From: Anaeramoeba ignava BMAN
Taxonomy: Eukaryota; Protista; Anaeramoebae
Length of the DNA stretch: 64,000 nt
NCBI GenBank assembly: GCA_028826165.1
Contig: JAPDFW010000017.1
Location: 14,527 to 78,526 of the forward strand
Reading direction: 5' to 3'
Shown: in pieces, positions 1 through 11,905 of the stretch
Numbering within the stretch: the first letter of the stretch is position 1
Layout of the letters: each line of letters opens with the position of its first letter
The notes under the pieces: generated by a model
Databases searched by the model: none
The model's input: only the letters and a program-made list of their open reading frames with translations
Told to the model about the DNA's origin: nothing
Made by a program: the position numbers and the translations under genes

Positions 1-939
1 TTTTATTTTTAATTTTAAATTATAAATAAATTGAAAATTAAATTTATATATTTTATATATAGAGAGAAATTGATTTTTATTTTTGAATATAAATTATAAA
101 TAAATTGAAAATTAAATTAATTATTTTATTTTATTATAAATTTGTTTATAATATGTATAAATAAATTGATTTTAAATTTTGATTTAAATTTGATTTAAAT
201 TTTGGAAATGAAAAAAATGAAATGAATTAGAAATAAATTATTGATTGATTATTAATTAATTGATTTGATATTTTCCAAAATCAAAATTTATTTAATAAAA
301 ATAAAATAAATAATTTAAAATAATAAATAAATAATAATAAATAATAATCAGATAAATTGAATCTAAATGAAGTGAAAAAGAAATTTAATTAATTACCTTT
401 GATAAATTATAATTATAAATAAGTATAAATTTAGATTTTTGAAATTATTGATTTATTTTTTATTTTTATTTTGGGAAATTGGAGATGAATAAAATAAAAT
501 AAAATAAAATAAAGATTTTATCTAATAGAAATAAATAGAATAAATTAAATAAATTAATTCATAGAATTTGAAAATAAATAAATTTAAATTTAAATAAATA
601 AATATAAATAAATTAATTAATAAAGTAATTACAGATTTAGATATTAAATTGATTTAAAATAAATAAAAAGAAGAAGAGTTTTATTTGGGAATATTTTGGT
701 TTTTATTTTTTATATTTTGGAGTTTGAATTTTTTAAACAAAAATAAATTTAATATAAATTTAATATTAATTTTTTTGTATTGATTTAATTTTGTATTATT
801 TTATTCTAAATTTATAATAAATTTTTGAATTTTTAATATTTTTGGAATAAAATTAATATTAATTTTACATTATTTTTACATCATTAATCATAAATTTTTA
901 TCATTTACAATAAAAAAATGTCTGTAAATTGGGAGGAGA

Positions 940-3400
940 AATTAATAAATTATTTTGTTATAAATTTGTTTATAATATATATAAATAAATTGATTTTTTT
1001 TATTTTTAATTTAAATTATAAATAAATTGAAAATTAAATTTATATATTTTATATATAGAGAGAAATTGATTTTTTATTTTTTGAATATAAATTATAAATA
1101 AATTGGAAATTAAATTAATAAATTATTTTATTATAAATTTGTTTATAATATATATAAATAAATTGATTTTTATTTTTAATTTAAATTATAAATAAATTGA
1201 AAATTAAATTTATATATTTTATATATAGAGAGAAATTGATTTTTTATTTTTTGAATATAAATTATAAATAAATTGAAAATTAAATTAATAAATTATTTTA
1301 TTATAAATTTGTTTATAATATATATAAATAAATTGATTTTTTTTATTTTTAATTTAAATTGGGGAAATAAATTGAAAAATAAATTTATATATTTTATATA
1401 TAGAGAGAAATTGATTTTTTATTTTTTGAATATAAATTATAAATAAATTGGAAATTAAATTAATAAATTATTTTATTATAAATTTGTTTATAATATATAT
1501 AAATAAATTGATTTTTATTTTTAATTTAAATTATAAATAAATTGAAAATTAAATTTATATATATTTTTATATATAGAGAGAAATTGATTTTTATTTTTGA
1601 ATATAAATTATAAATAAATTGGAAATTAAATTAATAAATTATTTTATTATAAATTTGTTTATAATATATATAAATAAATTGATTTTTTTATTTTTGAATT
1701 TAAATTGAAATAAATTGAAAATTAAATTTATATATTTTATATATAGAGAGAAATTGATTTTTATTTTTGAATATAAATTATAAATAAATTGGAAAATTAA
1801 ATTAATTAAATTATTTTGTTATAAATTTGTTTATTATATATATAAATAAATTGATTTTTATTTTTTAATTTAAATTATAAATAAATTGAAAATTAAATTT
1901 ATATATTTTATATATATAGAGAGAAATTGATTTTTATTTTTGAATATAAATTATAAATAAATTGAAAATTAAATTAATTAATTATTTTTTATTATAAATT
2001 TGTTTTATAATATATATAAATAAATTGATTTTTTTATTTTTGAATTTAAATTATAAATAAATTGAAAATTAAATTTATATATTTTATATATAGAGAGAAA
2101 TTGATTTTTTTATTTTTGAATATAAATTATAAATAAATTGAAAATTAAATTTATAAATTATTTTGTTATAAATTTGTTTATAATATATATAAATAAATTG
2201 ATTTTTATTTTAAATTTAAATTATAAATAAATTGAAAAATAAATTTATATATTTTATATATAGAGAGAAATTGATTTTTATTTTTGAATATAAATTATAA
2301 ATAAATTGAAAATTAAATTTAATAATTATTTTGTTATAAATTTGTTTATAATATATATAAATAAATTGATTTTTTTATTTTTAATTTAAATTATAAATAA
2401 ATTGAAAATTAAATTTATATATTTTATATATAGAGAGAAATTGATTTTTATTTTTGAATATAAATTATAAATAAATTGGAAATTAAATTAATTAAATTAT
2501 TTTGTTATAAATTTGTTTATAATATATATAAATAAATTGATTTTTATTTTTAATTTAAATTATAAATAAATTGAAAATAAATTTATATATTTTATATATA
2601 GAGAGAAATTGATTTTTTTATTTTTGAATATAAATTATAAATAAATTGAAAATTAAATTAATTAAATTATTTTGTTATAAATTTGTTTATAATATATATA
2701 AATAAATTGATTTTTATTTTTAATTTAAATTATAAATAAATTGAAAATTAAATTTATATATTTTATATATAGAGAGAAATTGATTTTTATTTTTGAATAT
2801 AAATTATAAATAAATTGAAATTAAATTAATAAATTATTTTATTATAAATTTGTTTATAATATATATAAATAAATTGATTTTTTTATTTTTAATTTTAAAT
2901 TATAAAATAAATTGAAAATTAAATTTATATATTTTTATATATAGAGAGAAATTGATTTTTATTTTTGAATATAAATTATAAATAAATTGGAAATTAAATT
3001 AATTAATTATTTTGTTATAAATTTGTTTTATAATATATATAAATAAATTGATTTTTTTATTTTTAATTTAAATTGAAATAAATTGAAAATTAAATTTATA
3101 TATTTTATATATAGAGAGAAATTGATTTTTATTTTTGAATATAAATTATAAATAAATTGGAAATTAAATTAATTAATTATTTTATTATAAATTTGTTTTA
3201 TAATATATATAAATAAATTGATTTTTTTATTTTTAAATTTAAATTATAAATAAATTGAAAATTAAATTTATATATTTTTATATATAGAGAGAAATTGATT
3301 TTTTTATTTTTGAATATAAATTATAAATAAATTGAAAATTAAATTAATTAATTATTTTGTTATAAATTTGTTTTTATAATATATATAAATAAATTGATTT
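940..3400 (+). repeat. ~172-bp tandem satellite, about 14 copies
   Basis: Marker TATATAGAGAGAAATTGA recurs at ~1055, 1228, 1400, 1575, 1745, 1920, 2090, 2260, 2430, 2600, 2770, 2943, 3113 and 3287. A further unit lies at 1-170. Confidence 0.95.
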
Positions 3401-4010
3401 TAAATTTGAATTTAAATTTTGGAAATGAAAAAAAATGAATTAGAAATAAATTATTGATTTGATTATTAATTAATTGATTGATATTTTCCAAATCAAAATT
3501 TATTAATAAAAATAAAATAATTTAAAATAATAAATAGATAAATAATAGATAATAATCAGATAAATTGAATCTAAATGAAGTGAAAAGAAATTTAATTAAT
3601 TAATTACCTTTGATAAATTATAAATATAAATAAATATAAATTTAGATTTTTGAAATTATTGATTTTTTATTTTTATTTTTATTTTGGGAAATTGGAGATG
3701 AATAAAATAAAATAAAATAAAGATTTTATCTAATAGAAATAAATAGAATAAATTAAATAAATTAATTCAGAATTTGAAAATAAATAAATTTAAAAGTAAA
3801 TTAATTAATAAAGTAATTACAGATTTAGATATTAAATTGATTTAAAATAAATAAAAAGAAGAAGAGTTTTATTTGGGAATATTTTGGTTTTTATTTTTAT
3901 ATTTTGGAGTTTGAATTTTTTAAACAAAAATAAATTTAATATAAATTTAATATTAATTTTTTTGTATTGATTTAATTTTGTATTTGTATTAATTTATTTT
4001 AAATTTATAA
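3400..4010 (+). repeat. Representative ~0.6-kb dispersed module X of the left domain
   Basis: Markers GATATTTTCCAAA, ATCAGATAAATTGAATCTAA and GATTTAGATATTAAATT are shared, with varying divergence, with 190-800, 6480-6960, 8890-9500 and (partially) 14190-14470. Confidence 0.88.
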
Positions 4011-4164
4011 TACAGTCGTTTTCGATTGACTGAGGATGAAATAATGTAAATTTATACAAAAAAATTTTTAAAAAATTAATAAAAAAATAACAAAAAAAAA
4101 ATGAAAAAAAAATCATAAAAAATTTTTTTCATTTTTTTTTTCATTTTTTTTTCCATTTCAATTT

Positions 4165-4720
4165 TTTATCCAAATCTAGAATAATTTTTAGTTAAGAAAT
4201 TGCAACCAAACGTTACTCAGTCTTCAACTTGATATTATTTTCATTTTTTTTTTCATTTCAATTTTTTATCCAAATCTAGAATAACTTTCAGTTAAGAAAT
4301 TGCAACCAAACGTTAGTTAGTCTTCAACTTGATATTATTTTCATTTTTGTCAATTTTTTTTTACATTATTTTTTACATTATTTTTTACAAATTTTTTTCA
4401 TTTTTTTTTCATTTCAATTTTTTATCCAAATCTAGAATAACTTTTAGTTAAGAGATTGCAACCAAACGTTACTCAGTCTTCAACTTGATATTATTTTCAT
4501 TTTTTTTTTTTCAATTTTTACATTATTTATATCAATTTTTTATCCAAATCTAGAATAACTTTCAGTTAAGAGATTGCAGCCAAACGTTACTCAGTCTTCA
4601 ACTTGATATTATTTTCATTTTTTTTTTTCATTTCAATTTTTTATCCAAATCTAGAATAGCTTTCAGTTAAGAAATTGCAACCAAACGTTACTCAGTCTTC
4701 AACTTGATATTATTTTCATT
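4165..4720 (+). repeat. Five copies of a conserved ~80-bp unit separated by variable T-rich spacers (candidate small-RNA array)
   Basis: TATCCAAATCTAGAATAACTTTCAGTTAAGAAATTGCAACCAAACGTTACTCAGTCTTCAACTTGATATTATTTTCA starts at ~4167, 4267, 4423, 4541 and 4642. Confidence 0.9.
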
Positions 4721-5684
4721 TTTTTTTTTCATTTTTTTTTATTATTAAAATCTAAAATAATTTTTCATTCATAAATTATAAATAAATCGTAATTAATTAT
4801 AATCAAACTTTACATTGTTTTGATTTTGATTTTGGTTTTTATTTTGATTTTTATTTCAAAAATGATAAATAAAAAAATCATTTCTTTTTATTTTATTTAT
4901 TGAAAAATATAAATAGAAATATAAATATAAATATAAATTATGTGTTATTTGTCTTCTTAAATGAAAATAAATCAATTCATTTGGTTTGTAAAGTATTCAT
5001 TCAATAGTTTCTAAATCATTTTTAAAAAGCAAAATTATCCAAATAAAGAGAGAAATAAATCAAATTAAATCAATCAATCAATCAATCTTAAAATAAATCT
5101 GAAAATAAATCTGAAAATAAATCTGAAAATAAATCTGAAAATAAATAAAATAAATCTTAAAATAAATCTGAAAAAAATCAATCTGAAAATCAATCAATTT
5201 ATTTTTCGTTATTTTTGTTTTAAATTATCAACAACAAGAACAAGAACAATAACAACAATAAGAAATTTCCTTCAATAAATGTAAATTATAACTAAAATTA
5301 AAAATTAAAAATTTAGAATTAATATTAATAAATTTATTTTGTTAATGAATAGTTTTTTTGTTTTGATTATTGATATTGAAAGAAAAATTGATTTTAATAT
5401 TATTAATATTAATATTAATATTGATTATTTTTTGATTCTTTTATATTTTAAATAATTAAAAAGATTTTGTTAATTATTTTTGAATCTTGTATTAATTAAT
5501 TTAGAATCAATTAATTAATTAATTAATTATAAATTCTTTTCATTTTTGATTTTTGATTTTTGATTTTATAAAGATTACATTAATTAAAATGTTTTTGAAA
5601 GTGAATTTTTTTGTTTTTTTGTTTTTAAAAAATAAAAGCACTAATCAAAATTTTCAATTTAAAACCTATTTAACCTAATAAAAA

Positions 5685-6330
5685 ATAATAGAAATAAAAT
5701 AATAAATTTAAATTTATTATTTAATTATTTATAATTGAAATAAAAATAATAAAAATATTTAATTAAATAATTAATAATAAAAATAAATAATAAAAAATAA
5801 TTTTATAATTTGAAATAAATATAAAATTAATAATAGAAATAAAATAATTAATTTAAATTTATTATTTAATTATTTATAATTGAAATAAAAATAATAAAAA
5901 TAATTTAATTAAATAATTAATAATAAAAATAAATAATAAAATATAATTTTATAATTTAAAATAAATATAAAATTAATAATAGAAATAAAATAATTAATTT
6001 AAATTTATTATTTAATTATTTATAATTGAAATAAAAATAATAAAAATATTTAATTAAATAATTAATAATAAAAATAAATAATAAAATATAATTTTATAAT
6101 TTAAAATAAATATAAAATAAATAATAGAAATAAAATAATTAATTTAAATTTATTATTTAATTATTTATAATTGAAATAAAAATAATAAAAATATTTAAAT
6201 TAAATAATTAATAATAAAAATAAATAATAAAAATAATTTTATAATTTAAAATAAATATAAAATTAATAATAGAAATAAAATAATTAATTTAAATTTATTA
6301 TTTAATTATTTATAATTGAAATAAAAATAA
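5685..6330 (+). repeat. ~145-bp tandem satellite, 4-5 copies
   Basis: Marker AATAATAGAAATAAAATA at ~5690, 5834, 5980, 6125 and 6270. Confidence 0.93.
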
Positions 6331-6979
6331 AATTAAATTTTTAAATTTTTAAGTAAATAAATAAATAAATTTACTTTTGAATTGAATTGAATTGAATTGG
6401 ATTGGATTGGATTGAATTGAATATTTTATTCTTTTATGAGATTTCCTTTCATTTTATTGATATTATTTTTATTTTTATAATTATTCTTTGAGAAAAAAAA
6501 ATGAAAAAAATGAAAAAAATGAAAAATGAAAATTAGAAAAATAAATTAATTATTAATTTATTAATGATATTTTCCAAATCAAAATTTATTTCAAAACAAA
6601 TAATAAAAACAAAAATAATTTAGAATAATAAATGAATAAATAAATAAATAAATGAATAAATAAATAAATAAATAATCAGATAAATTGAATCTAATCTAAA
6701 TGAAGTGAAAAAGAAGTTCCATTAATTCAATAATTAATTAAATAATTAATTAATTAATTTTGGTAAATTGTGGATTATAAATAATGATTTTTTTTTTGGA
6801 AGAATTGAAAATGAATAAAATAAACATTTTATCTAATATAAAAATAAAATATAAGTAAAATTAATTAATTAATTTATAAATTATTAAATTTTGTGAATTA
6901 AAATAAACTTACAAGTAAATTAGTTAATAAAGTAGTTTTGGATTTAGATATTAAATTGACTTCTTTTTGAATTTTTTTT

Positions 6980-8725
6980 TTGAAATAAAAATAATAAATT
7001 AAATAATTAATAATAAAAATAAATAATAAAATATAATTTTATAATTTAAAATAAATATAAAATAAATAATAGAAATAAAATAATTAATTTAAATTTATTA
7101 TTTAATTATTTATAATTGAAATAAAAATAATAAAAATATTTAATTAAATAATTAATAATAAAAATAAATAATAAAATATAATTTTATAATTTAAAATAAA
7201 TATAAAATTAATAATAGAAATAAAATAATTAATTTAAATTTATTATTTAATTATTTATAATTGAAATAAAAATAATAAAATATTTAATTAAATAATTAAT
7301 AATAAAAATAAATAATAAAAATAATTTTATAATTTAAATTTAAATATAAAATTAATAATAGAAATAAAATAATTTAATTTAAATTTATTATTTAATTATT
7401 TATAATTGAAATAAAAATAATAAAAATAATAAATTAAATAATTAATAATAAAAATAAATAATAAAAATAATTTTATAATTTAAAATAAATATAAAATTAA
7501 TAATAGAAATAAAATAATTAATTTAAATTTATTATTTAATTATTTATAATTGAAATAAAAATAATAAAAATATTTAATTAAATAATTAATAATAAAAATA
7601 AATAATAAAATATAATTTTATAATTTAAAATAAATATAAAATTAATAATAGAAATAAAATATTTAATTTAAATTTATTATTTAATTATTTATAATTGAAA
7701 TAAAAATAATAAAAATATTTAATTAAATAAATAATAATAAAAATAAATAATAAAAATATAATTTTATAATTTAAAATAAATATAAAATTAATAATAGAAA
7801 TAAAATAAATAATTTAAATTTATTATTTAATTATTTATAATTGAAATAAAAATAATAAAAATATTTAATTAAATAATTAAAATAATGAAAATATAAAAAA
7901 TTTTAAATTTTTTAAATTAAAATAAATATAAAATTAATAATAGAAATAAAATAATTAATTTAAATTTATTATTTAATTATTTATAATTGAAATAAAAATA
8001 AAATAAATAAATTAAATAATTAATAATAAAAATAAATAATAAAATATAATTTTATAATTTGAAATAAATATAAAATTAATAATAGAAATAAAATATTTAA
8101 TTTAAATTTATTATTTAATTATTTTCTTTTATAATTGAAATAAAAATAATAAAAATATTTAATTAAATAAATTAATAATAAAAATAAATAATAAAATATA
8201 ATTTTATAATTTAAAATAAATATAAAATTAATAATAGAAATAAAATATTTAATTTAAATTTATTATTTAATTATTTATAATTGAAATTTAATTAAATTTT
8301 TAAATAAATAAATAAAAAAAAATAAATAATAAAAATAATTTTATAATTTAAAAAAATAAATATAAAATTAATAATAGAAATAAAATAATTAATTTAAATT
8401 TATTATTTAATTATTTATAATTAAAATAAAAATAATAAAAATAATTAATTAAATAAATAATAATAAAAATAAATAATAAAATATAATTTTATAATTTTAA
8501 AATAAATATAAAATTAATAATAGAAATAAAATAATTAATTTAAATTTATTATTTAATTATTTATAATTGAAATAAAAATAATAAAAATATTTAATTAAAT
8601 AATTAATAATAAATATTAATAATAAAAAATAATTTTATAATTTGAAATAAATATAAAATAAATAATAGAAATAAAATATTTAATTTAAATTTATTATTTA
8701 ATTATTTATAATTGAAATAAAAATT
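6980..8725 (+). repeat. ~145-bp tandem satellite, about 12 copies
   Basis: Same marker at ~7070, 7215, 7360, 7504, 7650, 7795, 7941, 8083, 8235, 8375, 8521 and 8666. Confidence 0.93.
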
Positions 8726-9579
8726 TAAATTAAATTTTTAAATTGTAAATAAATAAATAAATAAATAAATTAATAATCTAAATTTACTTTTAAATTAATT
8801 TGAATTTGAATATTTTTTTAGTGTTTGGTGTTTCCTTTCATTTTCTAAAGGTAATTTTTATATTTATATTTATATTTATAAATATTCTTTGAAAGAAAAA
8901 AATGAAAAATGAAAAATGAAAAATGAATTTGGAAATTTAAAAATAAAAATTATTAAAAAACAAAAACAAAAACAAAAACAAAAACAAAAAATGAATTAGA
9001 AATAAATTATTGATTTATTTTATTTTATTATTTATTAATCAATTAATGATATTTTCCAAAATCAAAATCAAAATTTATTTATTATTTAAAAATAAAAACA
9101 AAATAAATAAATAAATAAAGTAATTTAAAATGATAAATAATTTAGAATAATAGATAAATCTAATTTAATCTAATCTAATTTAATTTAATTGAAAAAAGAA
9201 ATTCCATTAATTAATTTTGATAAATTATAATTATAAATAATGATAGATATTAATAAATATAAATTTAGATTTTTGGAATTATTTTTATTTTGGAAATGAA
9301 GATGAATAAAATAAAATAAAATAAAATAAAATAAAAACATTTTATCTAATATAAATATAAATATAAAAATAAAATAGAATAAATATTAATTATAAATAGA
9401 ATAAAATTAATTAATTTATTTATTTTTGGAAATTAAAATAAACTTACAAATAATAAATTAGTTAATAAAGTAATTTTTGGATTTAGATATTAAATTTACT
9501 TGAAATAAAAATATATAAATATAAATATAAATATAAATATAAATATAAATATAAATATAAATATAAGAAAGGATCATAT

Positions 9580-9727
9580 CGCGTACTTTGTCGTTTTTCG
9601 AGTAAATGCCCCAATGTCTTTCAACTTCACCTCCCCCAATGCACCGGCCTTCGGCCTCTCCGCTACGCTACGGCGGGGAGGCTCAGTTGACGACTTGGGG
9701 CTTTACACGAAGACGACAAATGTCGCG
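9580..9727. other. GC-rich ~150-bp imperfect fold-back (Y-shaped hairpin), unclassified
   Basis: Nested pairings CGCG/CGCG, TTTGTCGT/ACGACAAA, GTAAA/TTTAC, GCCCCAA/TTGGGGC, TCAACT/AGTTGA and CCTCCCC/GGGGAGG, with an apical GGCC-TTC-GGCC. Confidence 0.85.
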
Positions 9728-9855
9728 TTTCTTATTTATTTCTTTTCATTATTGTTCTTATATTGTTCAATTTTGATTAGAATTATTAATTATTAAATTG
9801 ATTTTAAATTGATTTAATTTGGATTGATTAATAATTAATAATTAGAAATAAATAA

Positions 9856-9958
9856 GGGCGTAGACTCGGGTGAGTATGTTAACACCAGCTTTTTCTTTGG
9901 GCGGGTGGCTAATTTCAAAGCTTAAAACATTGCCAAAGATGAACATCCCCCTTTTTTA
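9856..9958 (+). ncRNA. Candidate small structured RNA ending in an oligo-T run (unclassified)
   Basis: GC-rich island with ACTC-GGGT-GAGT hairpin and a TCTTTGG..CGG.TG / CATTGCCAAAGA stem that uses G-U pairs, followed by T7. Confidence 0.35.
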
Positions 9959-10689
9959 TTTTTATTTTTATTTTTATTTTTATTTTTATTTTTATTTTTA
10001 TTTTTATTTTTATTTTTATTTTTATTTTTATTTTCATTTTTCAAATTTTCAATAGATTTATTTATATATTATATATATAAATAAAAAAGAAAAATGAAAG
10101 AAGAAGAAAAAAATGAATTCCACTTTTTAAAAAAAAAATCCACAAAAACATTTTTTTTCCATTTTTTTTTTCAATTTTTTTTATTTAAATTTAGAATAAT
10201 TTTAATTAAGGAATTGTATCTAAATTTCAATTACTTTGAAAGTTTATATTTATTTTTATTTTTATTTTCATTTTTTTTTGTTTATATTATTTATTTACTT
10301 CAATCTTTTTTATTTATTTATTTATTTATTTATTAATTAATTAAAATCTAAAATAATTTTTAATTTATAAATAAATAAATAATAAATAAATTAATTAATT
10401 ACATTCAAAGTTTACATGATTTTGATTTTGATTTTTATTTTGATTTTGATTTTGATTTTGATTTTGATTTCAAAAATGTTAAATAAATAAATAAATAAAT
10501 AAAAAATCATTTCTTTTTATTTTATTTATTGAAAATATAAATATAAATATAAATATAAATATAAATATAAATATAAACATAAATTATGTGTTATTTGTCT
10601 TCTTAAATGAAAATAAATCAATTCATTTGGTTTGTAAATTATTTATTCAATAGTTTCTAAATCATTTTTAAAAGCCAAATAAATAAATA

Positions 10690-11905
10690 TCAATCTGAAA
10701 ATAAATCTAAAAATAAATCTGAAAAAAATCTTAAAATAAATCTGAAAATAAATCTTAAAATAAATCTAAAAATAAATCTAAAAATAAATCTGAAAAATAA
10801 ATCTTAAAAATAAATCTGAAAATAAATCTGAAAATAAATCTTAAAATAAATCTGAAAATCAATCTGAAAATAAATCTTAAAATAAATCTGAAAATAAATC
10901 TGAAAATAAATCTTAAAATAAATCTGAAAATAAATCTTAAAAATAAATCTGAAAATCAATCTGAAAATCAATCTGAAAATAAATCTGAAAATAAATCTGA
11001 AAATCAATCTGAAAATAAATCTGAAAATAAATCTGAAAATAAATCTGAAAATAAATCTGAAAATCAATCTGAAAATAAATCTGAAAATAAATCTGAAAAT
11101 AAATCTGAAAATAAATCTGAAAATAAATCTGAAAATAAATCTGAAAATAAATCTGAAAATAAATCTGAAAATAAATCTGAAAATAAATCTGAAAATAAAT
11201 CTGAAAAATCTGAAAATAAATCTGAAAATAAATCTGAAAAAAATAAAATAAAAATAAATCTAAAAATAAAAATGAAAAATAAATCTGAAAATAAATCTGA
11301 AAATAAATCTGAAAATAAAATCTTAAAATAAATCTGAAAATAAATCTGAAAATAAATCTGAAAATAAATCTGAAAATAAATCTGAAAATAAATCTGAAAA
11401 TAAATCTGAAAATATAAATCTGAAAATAAATCTTGAAAATAAATCTGAAAAATAAAATCTGAAAATAAATCTGAAAATAAAAAAAAAAATAAATCTGAAA
11501 ATAAATCTAAAAATAAATCTGAAAATAACGAAAAAATAAATCTGAAAATAAATCTAAAAAAATAAATCTGAAAATAAATCTGAAAAATAAATCTGAAAAT
11601 AAATCTGAAAATAAATCTAAAAATAAATCTTAAAATAAATCTGAAAATAAATCTGAAAATAAATCTGAAAATAAATCTTAAAAAAATAAATCTGAAAATA
11701 AATCTAAAAATAAATCTGAAAATAAATCTTGAAAATAAATCTAAAAATAAATCTTAAAATCTGAAAAATTTGAAAATAAATCTGAAAAATAAATCTGAAA
11801 ATAAATCTGAAAATAAATCTGAAAATCAAATAAATCTAAAAATAAATCTGAAAATAAATCTGAAAATAAATCGAAAATAAATTAAAAATAAATCTGAAAA
11901 TCAAT
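10690..11905 (+). repeat. 12-bp minisatellite (AAAATAAATCTG)n
   Basis: Direct inspection. A short copy of the same array lies at 5090-5190. Confidence 0.95.

Noticed and set aside
4014-4050. CTGAGGA-T-GAAA resembling a minimal hammerhead ribozyme core, and TA-CAGT resembling a Tc1 end
   Set aside because: I could not form stems I and III around a valid NUH site, and found no matching second TIR.
4165-4720. CRISPR array or C/D snoRNA cluster
   Set aside because: The repeat is too long, spacers are oligo-T low-complexity, there are no cas genes and the context is eukaryotic. Minus-strand C/D boxes are non-canonical (TGAAGA, CTAGA).
9570-9958. tRNA, 5S, SRP, U2/U3 or RNase P assignment for the GC islands (also 24061-24395)
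   Set aside because: No T-loop GTTCRA cloverleaf, SRP helix-8 motif, U2 branch-pairing GTAGTA or RNase P/MRP P4 motifs were recognisable by eye.
10804-11067. 87-aa (FIFR)n ORF
   Set aside because: Translation of (AAAATAAATCTG)n.
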